Assembly: GCA_044892505.1 (NCBI GenBank)
Contig: CM097883.1
Location: 106,206,001-106,270,000 of the forward strand
Length of the DNA stretch: 64,000 nt
Source of the DNA: Schmidtea nova
Taxonomy: Eukaryota
Direction: 5' to 3'
Program-made: the position numbers and the translations under genes
Part shown: positions 22,901 to 30,478 of the stretch, piece by piece
Numbering within the stretch: position 1 is the first letter of the stretch
Layout of the letters: each line of letters starts with the position of its first letter
The notes under the pieces: model-generated
The model's database searches: none
Told to the model about the DNA's origin: nothing
What the model saw: only the letters and a program-made list of their open reading frames with translations

Positions 22901-25900
22901 GATGATTCGATTTTGTTTTTGCCTTTATCAATTCCGGCATAATCGGTGCTATTGCATTGTGTAGCATTTTTGCCTTTGTACTGGGTTCGTTTATCCGCCA
23001 CAAATTCTTTAATTCTGGGTCAATTATCGCTAACACATCCATTATCGTTTTGGTGAGCCATTCTTCTCCTTGACAAACTTGATTCTCCTCTTTTCCTCTG
23101 ATTTCTGCGATTTTGTCTAGTTTCTTCAAGCAAATCTCCCATTGCTCTTGTCTCCTTTCTTCTCTTGTCTTTGGAATTGTTGTTGCTGGATCTATCTTTG
23201 GTCTCCCTCTTGGTCGTTTTTCCATTCCAGTTCCGGTTTCTACAAATCTCGCTGCTCTTCCGGTTTCTTCTGTAACATCTCTTCCTTCGTTCGCTCGCTG
23301 TTCTAACCATCTTTCCATTTCTTGAGTAAACTGTGGTTGTTCTTGTTCGTCTTCCGAATCGTTTACCATTTCTATGACTACCTCCTGTTCCACTCCTTGA
23401 TCGTCGATTTCTGCTGGTGACGTTATTGGCATCTCTATTATTCTGTCGAAGATATTTGCCGTTGGTTTTTGAGTTAACTTCGTTAGTTCTTCTATCGCCT
23501 CATCACTATCTGTTAGTATCTCATCGACGTCATACGCTTCTGGCGGTGTTCTCTCTCTCGTTTTTATTGGTGTTGTCCTTGCTTGTCCTGAACTTGTTCC
23601 TGGGGTCATTGTTGACTTCATCGGACTTGGTGTACTCATGCTTCCTTTCGCTTTCTTTTCCTCTTTAAACTTCAGTGGTTGACCCACTATTTGTGCCACT
23701 GTTAGCGTATTCATTAGATCCAATTGCACTGGTGTCAGCCAGATTTCCAAATTATTATCCAACGATCGTCCTTGATGTTGCAGGTGGAATGGTAGTTCAT
23801 ACATCAGTTTCTCTTTAACACTCTTCACTTTTTCGGTTAGCATCACCCAAAATTCTTCTTTTCTCTGATTCGGATACATTATCCTCAAATGTATTTTCTG
23901 TGGCGTTTCCTCCGCGAATTCTCGGTTTCTCCACTTTTTTATTACATCGTCTAGTTGCTCTGGACACCACTCGTTAACTCTCTTGTATTCTGCTATCGCT
24001 TTAGCTACTTTTCTCAAGTTCGTTATGTCTTCTCCATTTGAGATTATGAATTGTGCTAAGCCTTTTATTGTTTGTCTTTTTCCCCGAGTGTTTCCTCTCA
24101 ACAGCTCGATCAATTCACTTGTTTTCTGTTTCTCCAATTCTGCCCATATTACTGCAGTTTCTGGTCCGTCTAAGTCCGTTGGTAGTAACCTCCTTGTTAC
24201 CATACATATCCGTTTCGTATTCAGTTCATATCTGTCTTCTCCTTCCGGATCTTCTTCATATACGCCTCTTTTCACTTTCCAACATTTCTCTTTGTTATCC
24301 CATTGCTTCTCTACTGGCGTCAATCGTCGTCTGTTAAGATCCAATTCTCCTAATATTGTCTCCCATTCTGGCTTCATCTGCCAGTTCCGATAGATTTCTA
24401 CTATCTGCCTCAGCTTACGCATAACGTCCTCTTGTCGTTTCTTTTTCCTTTCCTCATCTCTTGGTGTTGCTCTTGGCACGTCATCCATTCTGATGACATG
24501 TATTGTCTGATAATTATCCCATATGCCGATTTTGTACGCTCGTCTCTCATCACGTTCGTTCAGTAGATGTTCTTTGTATTTTATCGCTATGTCATCCTCA
24601 AATTCGTCTTCCCGTTCTCGTTGCAATATCGTCTCATTGATGACCTCTACTATTTCTCCCACTTTACTATCTGGTATTACTTCAATTTGTCTTGTCTCTT
24701 CGTTCGGTAATCTCACAGTAATCATTAGATCTGATACCTCTCCTCTTTTAAACATTTCTTTTCCCATCTTTGCAATTAGCTTGTCGGTTTTGAAATTTGA
24801 ATGTCTCGTTTGACTTGTATCTCGTATGTTTTCGATACACTGTTTCAAATTCTCATACTCGCTTTTCGTCAATTCCTTTCGATGTTTCTTGATTTGTTGA
24901 ATGATCTGTTCTATCATCGTATTCAAATTCTCTGCCAAGATTCTTTCCTTTGCCTTCATCCACTGAGGTTTTATTCTCATCTCATAACACGTATTTGCTT
25001 CTCTGACGATTCCTTGTAGGTTCTCTTTCTTTTTGGTGTTGCATATAGCTAGCGTTGTTATTTCTCCTGGCCATATGCCTGTGTCTATCATATGCGTTCC
25101 TTTTCTCACCAATCCGTTTTCCGAATATATGAATTTGTCTTTGTACGAGCTTCCCAATCTGTCCTCAACCCATCTGTAAATTCCATCTGTCATTGGGTTC
25201 CTTATCCAGATTCTTGGTGAACACTCGTTTATCCATATTTGTATTACGTATTCGTTCAGTGGTTCTTTCAATAACTTCTCTATGAATTCTTGTATTACCC
25301 TCACTTCTCTTTCTTGTAACCACTCTTTATACTTCATCTGCCATACTGCTCGTATAAACTTTCTATATCGTTTCCCGTCGATAAACTCCTCGTTATGGAT
25401 TACTTCCAACGCGTTATCCATCAGCTTCTGAATTTCCTCTTCCTTTACTGACATCGTTTCTATCGTCTCGACTACTTCCATCTTTTTATCCTCGTTTTCC
25501 GGTTCCTTTAGCATGTCTCCTGCCAGACTGCTGACTTCGCTGTCGTCTTCTTCATCCGACAACTCTTGTCTTGGGTGTCTCAGCATCCCAATATGCGCGG
25601 TTGGTCTCGCTTCGTTTTTGGTAACTTCTTGTATTAGTTCATTCTCGGTTCCCGTTATTTCAGCTTTTCCCATTCTCTTTTCCAACTCGTCTATTTCTTC
25701 CAGCCGTCTTCGTCTTATTTTTCCTTTAAATATTCGACTGATCCGAGTTTGATGTTTCACTGGTGGGGGAATTTTCTCCGGTTCCACCTCTCTAATGATC
25801 ATCACGTTTATTTTCGTCTCCGTTACTCCCATATCTTCCCATATATCCGTCGTCTTCAACTTTACTTCTGGCAAATCCTCTGTTTGTAGGAATGCTTCTC

Positions 25901-27476
25901 TGGGTAGTTTCGTTACTCCCGGAATCATCTCATTTACTTTATTGAACAATCTTCCCACTTCTTCTTTTACATCATATTTGAATCGCCACACGTGATCATT
26001 CGGCATGATCACCAACATTCCTCTTTGTTTGATTCTCACTTCCTCTTCTTGATTCGTTTCTTTTTCTACTTCTTTTTCCGTTTCTGTTTCTTTTTCTACT
26101 TCTTCATCCTTTTGATTCTGCTCCGCGACTTCTACTTCCTGATTCACTTCTTCTTGTTTCTGCCCTTCGTTTCTTTTCTCTTTAACTTCTGACTCGTCTG
26201 ACTCATCCTGCTGCTTCTCTTCCATCATTGCTCGCATCATGTTGATCCTTGGATTTCCCTTTTTTAACTGTTGTAATCGTTGTTGCCTGACTTGTTCTTC
26301 TTCTCGTCGTACTCTAGCCCATTCTTGATTATGTTTCTGTTGGCTTTCTCTATTCTCTCTTTCGGCCTCAGCTTCTATTAACTGGATCATGTTTATCTTT
26401 GGTTGAGCAGCTTGCTGGCTTCCTTTTGCCATGCTTTCGATTATCTCGTGTAATCTGGATACCTCCTGTCTCAACTTAGCTTCTTTCATACTGGCTTCAT
26501 TTGCACTGCTGTTTGGGTTATTCCGTTGTTGACCCTGATTCCCATAGCTGGGTCGATTCCCGTAATTCGGTCTATTTCCACTGTTTGACCAACTTCTCTG
26601 TTGATTACAGTCTCTTGACATGTGTCCGGTTTTTCCACATGTGTAACACGTTTTCCCATAACATCGATTTTCTGAGTGACCTTTTTGTCCACACAGTTTG
26701 CAGGCTACATTCTGAAAACACTCTTGTTGCCAGTGTCCGTTTTTCCCACACGTCTGACATTGCTTATTCTGCCTGTCATTGTAACTATTTCCTCCACTCG
26801 TGTTCACCGTGATATATCCGTTATTCTTCCTCGCTGGCGGTTCTTTGAATAGTCTCTGCGAATGGGGAATACTCTGGTTCATATTTCTTTTTCCTTGTTC
26901 TTCGTCTTCTGTCGTTTTTCCCATTACCGCCGTAATTCTCATGTCATTCATTGCCATATGCAATTCGAATAGGTTGGCTGCTTCCAAGGCTTCGTCTACT
27001 GTTTTACATCCTTTGCATCCCACTTGTGCTCTGATGTCAGGTCTCCTGAGACCTCGTACGAATAACGCTGTCATTAATTCCTCATCTACTGGACTTCCTC
27101 TGTTAAATGCCAGTTTCGCCAACTTTCTTAATTCGCTTGCGTACACCGCATTTGACTCGTTTCTCCTTTGTTTTCTTGCTGAAAACTCATCGAATGCTTC
27201 ATTCAGCACTTTATTTATCCCAAACGTCTGTTGGAAGAACTCTTTGATTGCTTCCCACGTTCTGGGTGGACTACTTCCCGATCTCTTTTCAATATACAGA
27301 TCCAATGCGCTATCTTTCAAGTATAGCGGGATTCGATTTGCCAACGTTTCTGCACTCCATCCGCATATATCCACGAATATGCCAAATTCCTTTAGAAACG
27401 TGTCCAATCTACTGGCGTCTCCATTGAATGGTTCGCCCTTGAATTTTTCTCTCAGATCCTCTCTGTGATCACTCAT
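13938..27476 (-). CDS. 4512-aa Gag-accessory-Env-Pol-ankyrin polyprotein
   Basis: Single uninterrupted ORF; domains listed separately below. Confidence 0.95.
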   Translation of the reverse strand: MSDHREDLREKFKGEPFNGDASRLDTFLKEFGIFVDICGWSAETLANRIPLYLKDSALDLYIEKRSGSSPPRTWEAIKEFFQQTFGINKVLNEAFDEFSARKQRRNESNAVYASELRKLAKLAFNRGSPVDEELMTALFVRGLRRPDIRAQVGCKGCKTVDEALEAANLFELHMAMNDMRITAVMGKTTEDEEQGKRNMNQSIPHSQRLFKEPPARKNNGYITVNTSGGNSYNDRQNKQCQTCGKNGHWQQECFQNVACKLCGQKGHSENRCYGKTCYTCGKTGHMSRDCNQQRSWSNSGNRPNYGNRPSYGNQGQQRNNPNSSANEASMKEAKLRQEVSRLHEIIESMAKGSQQAAQPKINMIQLIEAEAERENRESQQKHNQEWARVRREEEQVRQQRLQQLKKGNPRINMMRAMMEEKQQDESDESEVKEKRNEGQKQEEVNQEVEVAEQNQKDEEVEKETETEKEVEKETNQEEEVRIKQRGMLVIMPNDHVWRFKYDVKEEVGRLFNKVNEMIPGVTKLPREAFLQTEDLPEVKLKTTDIWEDMGVTETKINVMIIREVEPEKIPPPVKHQTRISRIFKGKIRRRRLEEIDELEKRMGKAEITGTENELIQEVTKNEARPTAHIGMLRHPRQELSDEEDDSEVSSLAGDMLKEPENEDKKMEVVETIETMSVKEEEIQKLMDNALEVIHNEEFIDGKRYRKFIRAVWQMKYKEWLQEREVRVIQEFIEKLLKEPLNEYVIQIWINECSPRIWIRNPMTDGIYRWVEDRLGSSYKDKFIYSENGLVRKGTHMIDTGIWPGEITTLAICNTKKKENLQGIVREANTCYEMRIKPQWMKAKERILAENLNTMIEQIIQQIKKHRKELTKSEYENLKQCIENIRDTSQTRHSNFKTDKLIAKMGKEMFKRGEVSDLMITVRLPNEETRQIEVIPDSKVGEIVEVINETILQREREDEFEDDIAIKYKEHLLNERDERRAYKIGIWDNYQTIHVIRMDDVPRATPRDEERKKKRQEDVMRKLRQIVEIYRNWQMKPEWETILGELDLNRRRLTPVEKQWDNKEKCWKVKRGVYEEDPEGEDRYELNTKRICMVTRRLLPTDLDGPETAVIWAELEKQKTSELIELLRGNTRGKRQTIKGLAQFIISNGEDITNLRKVAKAIAEYKRVNEWCPEQLDDVIKKWRNREFAEETPQKIHLRIMYPNQRKEEFWVMLTEKVKSVKEKLMYELPFHLQHQGRSLDNNLEIWLTPVQLDLMNTLTVAQIVGQPLKFKEEKKAKGSMSTPSPMKSTMTPGTSSGQARTTPIKTRERTPPEAYDVDEILTDSDEAIEELTKLTQKPTANIFDRIIEMPITSPAEIDDQGVEQEVVIEMVNDSEDEQEQPQFTQEMERWLEQRANEGRDVTEETGRAARFVETGTGMEKRPRGRPKIDPATTIPKTREERRQEQWEICLKKLDKIAEIRGKEENQVCQGEEWLTKTIMDVLAIIDPELKNLWRINEPSTKAKMLHNAIAPIMPELIKAKTKSNHLDWQGTTMLIKRLLNGAETDSKYLVAISYTIYNLLTLSRGSPKSSPMGRHIKNTAMIIEKEIEPYILRKGGWEKFIKENQTKEGSNVMRKKLEGVLREMENRQTMQGNGRSTLNLNSIIMMMLVWLLSTEGVTTFEVFDCDQMKLGEKYSLRGTEQCKDATPVELKEIKKEQWYHVYQEAELIKTMVNECKVQKTRFAFYCGRGHYSAIVMPGTEREPIVLQGEDCEALFKHGEVTTRDKIKIKGKPGMMLQQTYYVAGRITGGEGYCQGETYPIFGAPATNLVVMDTYIVELKSYEAFFEPTTGEMKTLSMCKIDRSMCQTGMSTLVYKPKVNECQLQLLQGAKFDEIQGKTFQEEDDDDKARAKHLKEALENKRQLRPDHREKRIEMRATPTVLITTNQDVGMRFIKGKATLKCSTTVYETNYPGIYVSKQEVPNAKPKIDTMDIKLHLYVNNKMDFLFHRGQASLQKVYYDLINNDCILNREILKTKLAVAITNPDSAMPLLPLREGHFGRVVGEAMYVYICEKTHASLAATTQLKPGQCTNELEIDYKGKVRYVQPVTRIINPPGFEPNPFNCSNAYGPLYQKPDGKWVMFPGRTEVLAPREFELMQLSKDRQFSDVDVSNNGIYSPKDLEAARQNILFPARREALLSNIVTITGGTNYREGPNYELLLSPAHFKKATENMMKAMWGRFLIFGQMMAGILGVILIIQIVRVIITQMLACFDIYKREKKVNWKMVVGFLPFLAKTMVLHGHSKDIHRIKRLLKILAKMKGTNEDVGRKFKKIMQDEQARRQLKKERKGLWERVKGYRTQDDSSNDDDDDDQGGQANINQIPQYTEKSAVENWRYSAPPQSMYNEPIYKAKPNMMQMMPMTSIYPIIPEGCKVKRCRSVDPLEDTHTIAVMSTNMGPILTTTVEINGREIEAMIDTGANISAIDINYIPEKNQGEIEKTNVHVIACSQETVEVAGRWFVKIKHRGAEINTYIAVIPSLSVPCIIGTDLMPDLFKEIVIDLGAMKLKDRTGKICRMKVKVASAEQIVVPARHEMMCYVKIDSTIKGDMIFEPSKKFEAKKELPMARELVTINQEGEIPINLVNFDEEDKIIYENERLGKLTPMSEIEIPDKNEKSKDELPWKIDSVLLDERQKEQLQKLLMEYKDIFAASDLDLGTCDVTLHTIPLTDETPIALRPYKLAEAQKAVAEEEVQKMLDAEVIEPSCSPWQFPVVMVKKKDGTQRFCIDYRRLNAVTKRDTYPLPDINEMLLTLQGAAYFTSLDLKSGYWQIKMKDEDKEKTAFTIGRDLYQFKKMPFGLTNAPASFQRCMNFVTHGIKQCMVYIDDLLIYSATFEDHLQDIRNVFVKLRQWKLKLKPSKCDWAKEKVTFLGHIVSAKGKEPDPRNIEKVKECPPPKTVTQIQEFLGLCGYYRKFIKDYAGISKPMQELVRQDVSFVWGAEQQAAFETLRDKLITAPILVHPDFKKPFLLATDASGYAAGAVLGQFDEEGKERVIGYYSRTFRKHERNYSVTEREAYAIILAIKHFKYLLWGHEIYITTDHQPLVWLGQHKESSSRLMRWAMQLQEYSPFIKFKAGKANANADCMSRFTFPELVNLNTLKICALIAEDLDFSELRKEQIEDEELGLISKYLKEREIEIFGKDQALREHMQKYQHRYVMEKGWLLIQDGERRLMCLPANRRKEIMTQYHDGKLGGHMSAKKTIGRLRQKYFWPTMEDDVKEWIKNCLTCATRKNVGTKWKTPLKPMPIPAEPMATIAMDVVGPLPESLKGNQYILVVTDYLTKFPEAFAIPDQKAKTVARILVEEICCRYGTPKKILTDQGTNFMSEILDEVTNYFRIAKLRTSPYHPQTNGQTERFNGTLIRMLSNYVSKHQTDWDEYINLCLMAYRMSIHAATKLSPFQLMYGRDCNLPIDLEYQPPLSQYMEVDDYVTKFKERMQEIWKTAELNIKFYQESYKDLHDQKKNVKAHDLKVGDWVIVETPEIIPGTVKKLQRPGKGPYEITTVNENNVRVRLVNNPLVRPIYVNACRCRKIPKTATLSPEKRVMTRSQTARINMLRVQQKPQTSLEDNRREIIDIKELAKKTREIIPEWKWWHDFNILSEVRKNVMEYAKDRTAHPITRTLLEEIPQTLNLQDKDGNTALHNAIKHGGNEKVKEIVEMILEGGGEIDKVNWEGITPLMMIAIHGRNDEIIKLFGNTRSNWMAKDKEGRTFLNHAIDRANHRILKYITENATWEIDELTRGSIMKQAIGVRNSKTWRILLKWKRPEGDSWVIDCNEVFIRGENALLKHLLEVTYDPKTLAVLIARDTLRVSENPREYKLEDRKKELFGLIKKWCDKQWNPDMSFEHFYDIQKQHKEISKRYKELIEALKYGQFFRQAVYQDQRMKQMQTRIRSKAVLFNAKADNQERLDAIVAKAQERLSEFKENKNSLEILGAITEKVHRYAQGDYNESDIETIKNQMPVTFLLSKDGRLPIHWALRRKKENEALEITKAMVKCEADMNMVDDNGDTIMIIAARKKTKLKVLHELYEAGAKIEGKNGKNNSIIDIAIQWNNFEMIKFIKSINKQEDIEYLANNVKNFSLTVMIHDIEKTRALLTWVNPITKEPAFKINDHMEQNQNWCIRSALLRHKKPEIVEEFLKRRDLKFTNNPKEPERTGRWKDLFRKYVNEWTDAKETIKQSRLKDIEPSKDMEIREFESSTLAVQAYERLIKEINVEDDIFKGPGGGYRDFDDKSNNEKNNEDNDNKRTEDNEKERQEEPKPTRNDKKGEAEERENRGTKDERTNYGKRTGSLLLRPEMLCIAILITIIGQGEAKKQYVTLEIIRGNEVYERICWKENLKKNDTLKCILSDLKRDVIQIKGLEKEKSYIICAIKQRGEPKAPQVTACQLYKATEALKIQKWIGKRSEETTRRTEVESEKGKNQSEAEEGIGNRTEKERITKNSAGKLTFQPELICVALILILIKRIMEDIDISVMTLVNIQDQ
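15200..16500 (-). other. Two ankyrin-repeat clusters downstream of integrase (about 16200-16500 and 15200-15480)
   Basis: QDKDGNTALHNAIKHG, NWEGITPLMMIA, KDKEGRTFLNHAI, DGRLPIHWAL, VDDNGDTIMIIAA, LYEAGAKIE. Confidence 0.88.
16830..17830 (-). other. Integrase (HHCC finger, DDE core, GPY/F-like C-terminus)
   Basis: HDGKLGGH...CLTC; IAMDVVGPLP, TDQGTNF, QTNGQTERFN; KVGDWV...GKGPYEI. Confidence 0.96.
18110..18490 (-). other. RNase H domain (gypsy type)
   Basis: LATDASGYAAGAVL, NYSVTEREAYAI, TDHQPL, RLMRW, NANADCMSR. Confidence 0.96.
18740..19450 (-). other. Reverse transcriptase domain
   Basis: SPWQFPVVMVKKKDG, RFCIDYRRLN, LDLKSGYWQI, MPFGLTNAPASFQ, YIDD (18897-18908), FLGH. Confidence 0.98.
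19900..20180 (-). other. Aspartic protease (retropepsin), followed toward RT by a degenerate dUTPase-like spacer
   Basis: AMIDTGANISAI (DTG at 20115-20123) and CIIGTDL. Confidence 0.93.
20640..22560 (-). other. Envelope glycoprotein resembling chuvirus (Jingchuvirales) fusion proteins, located between Gag and protease
   Basis: Internal signal IIMMMLVWLLSTEG then FEVFDC. Cys-rich ectodomain (YCGRGHYS, GYCQG, VYETNYPGIYV, GRVVGEAMY..C, C.NEL.I.Y.G..Y..P.TRI, GIY..DL...I.FP.R). Membrane end WGRFLIFGQMMAGILGVILIIQIV. Family assignment from remembered motif similarity only. Confidence 0.78.
22670..23160 (-). other. Bcl-2-like domain within the polyprotein
   Basis: Strong BH2-like IEKEIEPYILRKGGWEKFI (GGW at 22686-22694), degenerate BH1-like GAETDSKYLVAISY, helical spacing, then a hydrophobic segment ~40 aa later. 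Confidence 0.65.
23196..23219 (-). other. AT-hook motif
   Basis: KRPRGRPK, containing the RGRP core. Confidence 0.7.
23685..24730 (-). other. Two ubiquitin-like domains (about 24485-24730 and 23685-23897) flanking a helical segment
   Basis: MITVRLPNEETRQIEVIPDSKVGEI...IKYKEHLL...QTIHVI and IHLRIMYPNQRKEEFWVMLTEKVKSVKEKL...LQHQGRSLDNN...NTLTV follow the beta-grasp pattern of ubiquitin. No diglycine end. Confidence 0.6.
26607..27476 (-). other. Gag: capsid-like domain plus three CCHC zinc knuckles (26607-26759)
   Basis: PFNGD...FL..F, LYLKDSALDLY, W..IK..F, RKQ..NES...YA.EL, FVRGL; CQTCGKNGHWQQEC, CKLCGQKGHSENRC, CYTCGKTGHMSRDC. Confidence 0.93.
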
Positions 27477-28354
27477 CCCGATTCCACTATCTTGGAATAC
27501 TGTACTAGTTTTCTTTGCTTCTAGTTCACCACTTGTTTCTGAATTCGACTCTTCTTCTTTACTACTCTCTGTTTCGTTATCTCTTGATTTGCTTCTTGTT
27601 CTGTTTTCCCTGACTAGTTCACTGTCTATCGTCTCTACTTCGTTTTGAACTTCTAGATCTTCTGGGGTTTCTTCTTGGTTCTCTTTATTACTCGAATTAT
27701 CGCTGATCTCTACTTGTTTGTTCTTTTGTTGCTTAGGCTTGTTACCTGTTCTTGTTCTTTTTGCTGCTTTTCTTTCGGCTTCCGTTAAGATTGGTATTAT
27801 ACCTGATCTTGTTTCTCGTCCCTCAATTTTGTCTATTCCTCAATTTCTTATATTCTCCACTGATTTTCTACTCTGCTTTTGCTTTGCTTCTTCTTTGATT
27901 TGTTTCCTTTGATTGCTCTGACTGCTAGATTGCCTTGAATTGTTTGATTGATTTGTTTCCTTAAAACAAATAATCACTTACACGATACGTCCCCGTTATC
28001 GTGTTTCTCGTCCCTCTCACGGGTGTAGTCATAATTCATGAAGATCCCCATTTTTCCCATTTCCCTTGATTTTAAGTCTATTTAAATTATCTATGCAGTC
28101 GTATCAATTATCTATTCTTTATCAAATACACCAATTACTTTTCCCCAGTTTCCCAATTACTTTGTCGCTCAGCGCTCTTATTATTCCCTTTACTTTTCTC
28201 AGGCTTCTCTGGCTCTGAGTTCAAATTTTCCCCTTATCTGTCGACTACTCTGTTTCTCAACTATTCGCTTTATTTCCTATTCACACTACGTTTACTACTT
28301 CATTTCAATTCTCATCTCTACTCACCTTTAATTCAAGCGACATCTCTCGTTGGC

Positions 28355-28816
28355 CTGCTGGGTTTTCTAGTCAGCGCTTTTAATCTCACCTTTTATCTCG
28401 AACTCTGTTTCTCTCAACTTCACTCATTATCTCATTAGCCTGCTGGGTTTTCCAGTCAGCGCTTTTAATCTCACCTTTTTCTTCTGCTTCATTATTCTCG
28501 ACCTCAATTGTCGTTTCATTAGCCTGCTGGGTTTTTCCAGTCAGCGCTCTTATTATCCACCCTTTATCTCTTCACTGTCGACTTTTACCTGCTCTTTACT
28601 CCGATGATCATCACTTTTGACCTGCTGGGTCTTCCAGTCAGCGTCCTCAATTTTACCACTTTATTATTACTCACTTTTATTCTCTCGATCTTTCCTGATC
28701 GTTGCCATTGACCTGCTGGGTTTTCCAGCTAGCGTCTTTACCACTTCTCCCGTCTTAACAAACCGGTTTCATTTTATTCTCATCGAATCTCATGGTCTGC
28801 TGGGTTTTCCAGTCAG
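28355..28816 (-). repeat. Six spaced copies of a 20-nt hairpin motif in the leader upstream of gag
   Basis: CTGCTGGGTTTTCCAGTCAG variants at 28355, 28440, 28524, 28622, 28713 and 28797. Confidence 0.9.
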
Positions 28817-29144
28817 CACCCTTCACTTACTCACTTTACTTTACTACTCCTCTGTATGCATACTTTCACCTCATTAGGCCACATAATCAGCTTTACTCGC
28901 ATTTATCAATACCTAGGTGCGCACCTTCAACTCTCTCGTTATTAATTCGGTTTCTTTCAACCCTTATTCCTCATTATTCGCTATTCATTTTCACTATTCA
29001 TCATTTATCCTCATTATCACTTATTCATTTCCATTATCGCTTGTTGATCTTCACTATCCGGATAGTTTTATACGTAATTTAGTCCTCATCTGCCTCACTT
29101 CGTCGTCTTTCTCGTGGGCTTTTACTCAATATTTTATTTCGAAC

Positions 29145-29780
29145 GAGAACTATGCTCACCGTTGAGAACTATGCTCACTGACGAGAACTATGCTCACTGA
29201 CGAGAACTATGCTCACTGACGAGAACTATGCTCACTGACGAGAACTATGCTCACCGACGAGAACTCTGCTCGCTGACGAGAACTATGCTCACTGACGAGA
29301 ACTATGCTCACTGACGAGAACTATGCTCACTGACGAGAACTATGCTCACTGACGAGAACTATGCTCACTGACGAGAACTATGCTCACTGACGAGAACTAT
29401 GCTCACTGACGAGAACTATGCTCACTGGCAAAACATGGTTGTTATGAGGATTCTGCTTACTGATGGAAACTCTTTGCTCCGGGGACTATGTTCCCCGATG
29501 AGAACTATGCTCACTGATGGTGACTACAGGAATTATGTTTCCTGATGAGAACTATGCTCACTACGATGACTATGTTTATTGATGAGAACTACGCTCACTG
29601 ATGAGGACTATGTTCGCTGGTCTTGTATTTATTAATGAGAACTCTGCTCACTACGGGATTTATATTTACGGACGAGAACTATGCTCACTATGATGTTGTG
29701 TTTTATGACGAGACCTACGCTCACTAGGATGTTATTTTTATGACGAGACCTATGCTCACTATGAGACCTATGCTCACGAA
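29145..29780. repeat. 19-bp tandem repeat (GAGAACTATGCTCACTGAC): 15 contiguous units (29145-29429), then degenerate spaced units
   Basis: Counted directly; unit starts at 29145+19n through 29411. Confidence 0.97.
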
Positions 29781-30478
29781 CGAAAACTCGAAATATCATC
29801 TCTCAGTGGTTGCATGTGTTGCTTCGGGATGTTCCTCCCAGTGGTCACTTATGCTTCTTCGGAGAATCTATTGTCGCGTTTCGTTAAGTTCTATCTTTCA
29901 AGAACTATGGGCAAATCCTTTCTCTTTAGGACCCCTTTTATCATTTCCTTTCTTTCAAGGAATTCGTTTAATCCTCGAGTTTTCCCTTTCGCTCGGTTCA
30001 TCTATTACACCCCTTTATTCTGTTATCTATTCATCGACTTCTCTACTTGATTTTACTTTATGCGAGCTGATTACGTGCCTTTCATCATATACCACATTTC
30101 TCTACTCATCTTACTCATTTCATTGCTTTATCTCTCTCTTTACTGATCAGTTTTAACATCCTTTTTTTATAGTTTTTCTGCGCGCGCCTAAACCTCGTTG
30201 AGTTGTCCCTACCTTTCACCCCAACCAAAATATATAAAAAGATCGCATTGGTCCACTGATGCACGATGTGGTGATCAATCACATCACAAGAGCTTTCCAA
30301 TATCCGCGATTGGCCCCTTTCTACACATTTCGGGTAAGTTGATCAGTTGGTTCCCCCCAATGGGTGCTTATCGGACTACTCGTGAGTAGCTCATAATTAC
30401 TTAGGTCATTTTTACCAAATCATCTTTGAACCCTCATAATTTCAATAACAACTGCACTTGCTCAAAACTTTATTTCTA

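Noticed and set aside
23930-24180. Death-fold (CARD/DED) call for the helical segment between the Ubl domains
   Set aside because: Size and helicity fit, but I see no diagnostic residues; left unassigned.
13938-27842. TGA reassigned to an amino acid (alternative genetic code)
   Set aside because: Trp is encoded by TGG at checked sites (e.g. 22686, 13917) and TGA ends other ORFs (8733, 32635); two in-frame TGAs are better explained by readthrough or mutation.
9429-27912. Many plus-strand F/L/S-rich ORFs antisense to the element's genes
   Set aside because: Expected shadows of purine-rich minus-strand coding sequence; no motifs.
28355-29780. Spaced palindromic repeats and the 19-bp array as a CRISPR array
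   Set aside because: Eukaryotic retroelement context and no cas genes. The 19-bp units have no spacers; the hairpin spacers are 64-78 nt and partly similar to each other.
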